Below, in pieces: positions 30,394-32,000 of a stretch of 32,000 bases of DNA. How positions within the stretch are numbered: the first letter of the stretch is position 1; each line of letters opens with the position of its first letter. The DNA comes from Mycoplasmoides pneumoniae FH (GTDB lineage Bacteria > Bacillota_I > Bacilli_A > Mycoplasmatales > Mycoplasmoidaceae), in NCBI RefSeq assembly GCF_001272835.1, contig NZ_CP010546.1, positions 785,208-817,207 on the forward strand, given 5' to 3'. Below the pieces are notes generated by a model, which was not told the DNA's origin, did no database searches, and was given only the letters and a program-made list of their open reading frames with translations. Both the position numbers and the translations under genes were made by a program.

Positions 30394-31145
30394 TACTCTT
30401 CTATTACCTGATCAAGAATCATCGTTAAGATCCGCGAAATCGGAATGTTAACCGCTTTAGCATAACGCTTAACCTTATTCCAAACACGGGTACTCGTATA
30501 AAAGTGCACCCCGGTGGTTAAGCGTTCTTGCCGTTCTAAGGGAATAATACCGGGCACTTTCGCCTTTGGTGGTGGTAGATTTTCTTCTTCCTGCAATTTA
30601 TTAGATGGGCGAGTAGTCTGCTTAACTTGTGGCTGTTCAACCGCTGGTTGTGGTTCTGGTTGGGGAACAGGTTCCACAATTGGTTGCGTAGCCTCCACCT
30701 GAATATTAGATGTAGCTACTGGTTGTTGATTAAAGTTAGTGGTTGTAGGTTGTTGAAACTCATTTAAGTGCACTTCTGCAGTTTGGTGAACTGGTTGGGT
30801 TGGAACCTGATTATTAAAGTTAGTTGGTTCTGATTGCGGTTGCACATTAACTGGTTGGGTTGAAGTTTGTGGTTCTTGTTTGGGAAACTGGTTAAAGGAT
30901 TTCACAAACTCATCGCCAAACTTGAGTAATGGTCCAAAATCAAACTGGGGCATGTCCTTAGAAAAGAACTTTCTGTCTTGACTAGATTGATTTGCTTTAG
31001 TTTGGTTAGTTAGATCATGTTGGGGTTGGACAACCGGTTCTAGTTTTAATTGTTGTTCTACCTTTTTAACTTCTTGAACAGTTTCTGCATCATCTTCATC
31101 CTGAGCTAGGTCAAAGAAGAAGCGTTTCTTTTTACTGATGGCCAT
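30393..31145 (-). CDS. Hypothetical protein with Q/P-rich linker and C-terminal ribbon-helix-helix-like domain, 250 aa
   Basis: Complete ORF overlapping dnaA ATG (TAATG) and parA end. C-terminus ERLTTGVHFYTSTRVWNKVKRYAKAVNIPISRILTMILDQVIEE has a beta-alpha-alpha RHH-type pattern. Confidence 0.75.
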   Translation of the reverse strand: MAISKKKRFFFDLAQDEDDAETVQEVKKVEQQLKLEPVVQPQHDLTNQTKANQSSQDRKFFSKDMPQFDFGPLLKFGDEFVKSFNQFPKQEPQTSTQPVNVQPQSEPTNFNNQVPTQPVHQTAEVHLNEFQQPTTTNFNQQPVATSNIQVEATQPIVEPVPQPEPQPAVEQPQVKQTTRPSNKLQEEENLPPPKAKVPGIIPLERQERLTTGVHFYTSTRVWNKVKRYAKAVNIPISRILTMILDQVIEE

Positions 31146-31944
31146 GGTTGACTAGGTTAAGAATTTCTTTAGTAATCTCTAAATATTCAGTTTGGTACTT
31201 CTTGTTGGATGTTGGTGATACCAAAGAGATAGGTAACTTTTCATAACCAACAGCAGCAGATGACTTAGATGTTAAAGATACAAAGTGTTCTGAAAAAGCA
31301 ACGTTGTTCTTGTGCGCTTTTGATTTCACCAACTCAATCACATCATTGTGTAATCTGGTGCGCATATTGACCTTGGTTGGTACCAAAATGGTTTTTAAGT
31401 TGGGGTTCTTTTCCTTAAAAGTATCAATCGTTTCGACAATCCGCATTAAACCCAACATAGAGTATTGATCAGGTTCAAACGGGATCACAATCACATCAGA
31501 GAGGCTCATGGCTGTGGAGACCAAGGTAGCCATGTTAGGCGGTGTGTCTAGTAAAACAAAGTCATACCTGCGGGTGAGTTGTTTAACTATTTCCGCAATA
31601 TCAGAAGCCTTGTACTTTTTGCGAGCAATATCAATGTCCGCAAAATTTAACTCAAAGTTACAAGGCAAAATGTCTAGTCCTTCATAAACGGGCAACAAAC
31701 AGTCATCAATTTCAATTGAACTGTTGGCGCCGTTAAACTTAGGCACTTTTAACAAAATATCAATTAAGGTGTTATTTAATCTTTCTGGATTTTGTCCAAA
31801 AGAGGCTGAAACGTTGCCCTGACCATCAAGGTCTAAAATAACTTTCCGTTGTTCAGGGCACAACTTTACAAGCGAACCAGCAACGTTAGTGGCCATGGTT
31901 GTTTTTAAAACGCCACCTTTGTTATTAACAAAAGAAATAATCAT
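31132..31944 (-). CDS. parA: ParA/Soj-family chromosome partitioning ATPase, 270 aa
   Basis: NNKGGVLKTTMATNVAGSL (deviant Walker A), VILDLDGQGNVSASFG and DFVLLDTPPNMATL. Confidence 0.93.
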   Translation of the reverse strand: MIISFVNNKGGVLKTTMATNVAGSLVKLCPEQRKVILDLDGQGNVSASFGQNPERLNNTLIDILLKVPKFNGANSSIEIDDCLLPVYEGLDILPCNFELNFADIDIARKKYKASDIAEIVKQLTRRYDFVLLDTPPNMATLVSTAMSLSDVIVIPFEPDQYSMLGLMRIVETIDTFKEKNPNLKTILVPTKVNMRTRLHNDVIELVKSKAHKNNVAFSEHFVSLTSKSSAAVGYEKLPISLVSPTSNKKYQTEYLEITKEILNLVNHGHQ

Positions 31945-32000
31945 ATGCGCGCGTATAAGTTTGCTTAAATTCTAATATTTATTTAGTATTATTCCGGTAT

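Noticed and set aside
1-32000. Insertion sequence, transposase or prophage
   Set aside because: No transposase, integrase or phage structural motifs in any joined frame, and no terminal inverted repeats flanking a gene were noticed.

Overview
The window reads as a Mycoplasma-type chromosomal segment. The gene content matches my recollection of the Mycoplasma pneumoniae region from tuf to dnaA/soj, next to the replication origin; I did not run a database comparison. UGA encodes Trp, and the supplied ORF track treats TGA as a stop, so it splits many genes. I rejoined the in-frame pieces by hand. The recovered order is: MATE transporter, msrB, tRNA-binding-domain protein, DegV, tuf, membrane protein, galU, osmC-like, tyrS, two unknown proteins, ftsH, a 57-aa membrane ORF absent from the track, hpt, unknown, ldh, a non-coding and DUF16-like degenerate island (about 14.4-16.3 kb), HD-domain hydrolase, gltX, ksgA, yidC, rnpA, rpmH, a three-gene ABC/FtsX system with an 1882-aa permease, dnaA, a putative ribbon-helix-helix protein, and parA/soj. 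No CRISPR array, prophage, rRNA or tRNA gene was recognised. Best leads: the giant ABC/FtsX system, the RHH protein between parA and dnaA, the small membrane ORF overlapping the ftsH start, the DUF16-like cassettes with an in-frame TAG and an unusual Shine-Dalgarno leader, and a diverged tandem repeat carrying a strong hairpin.
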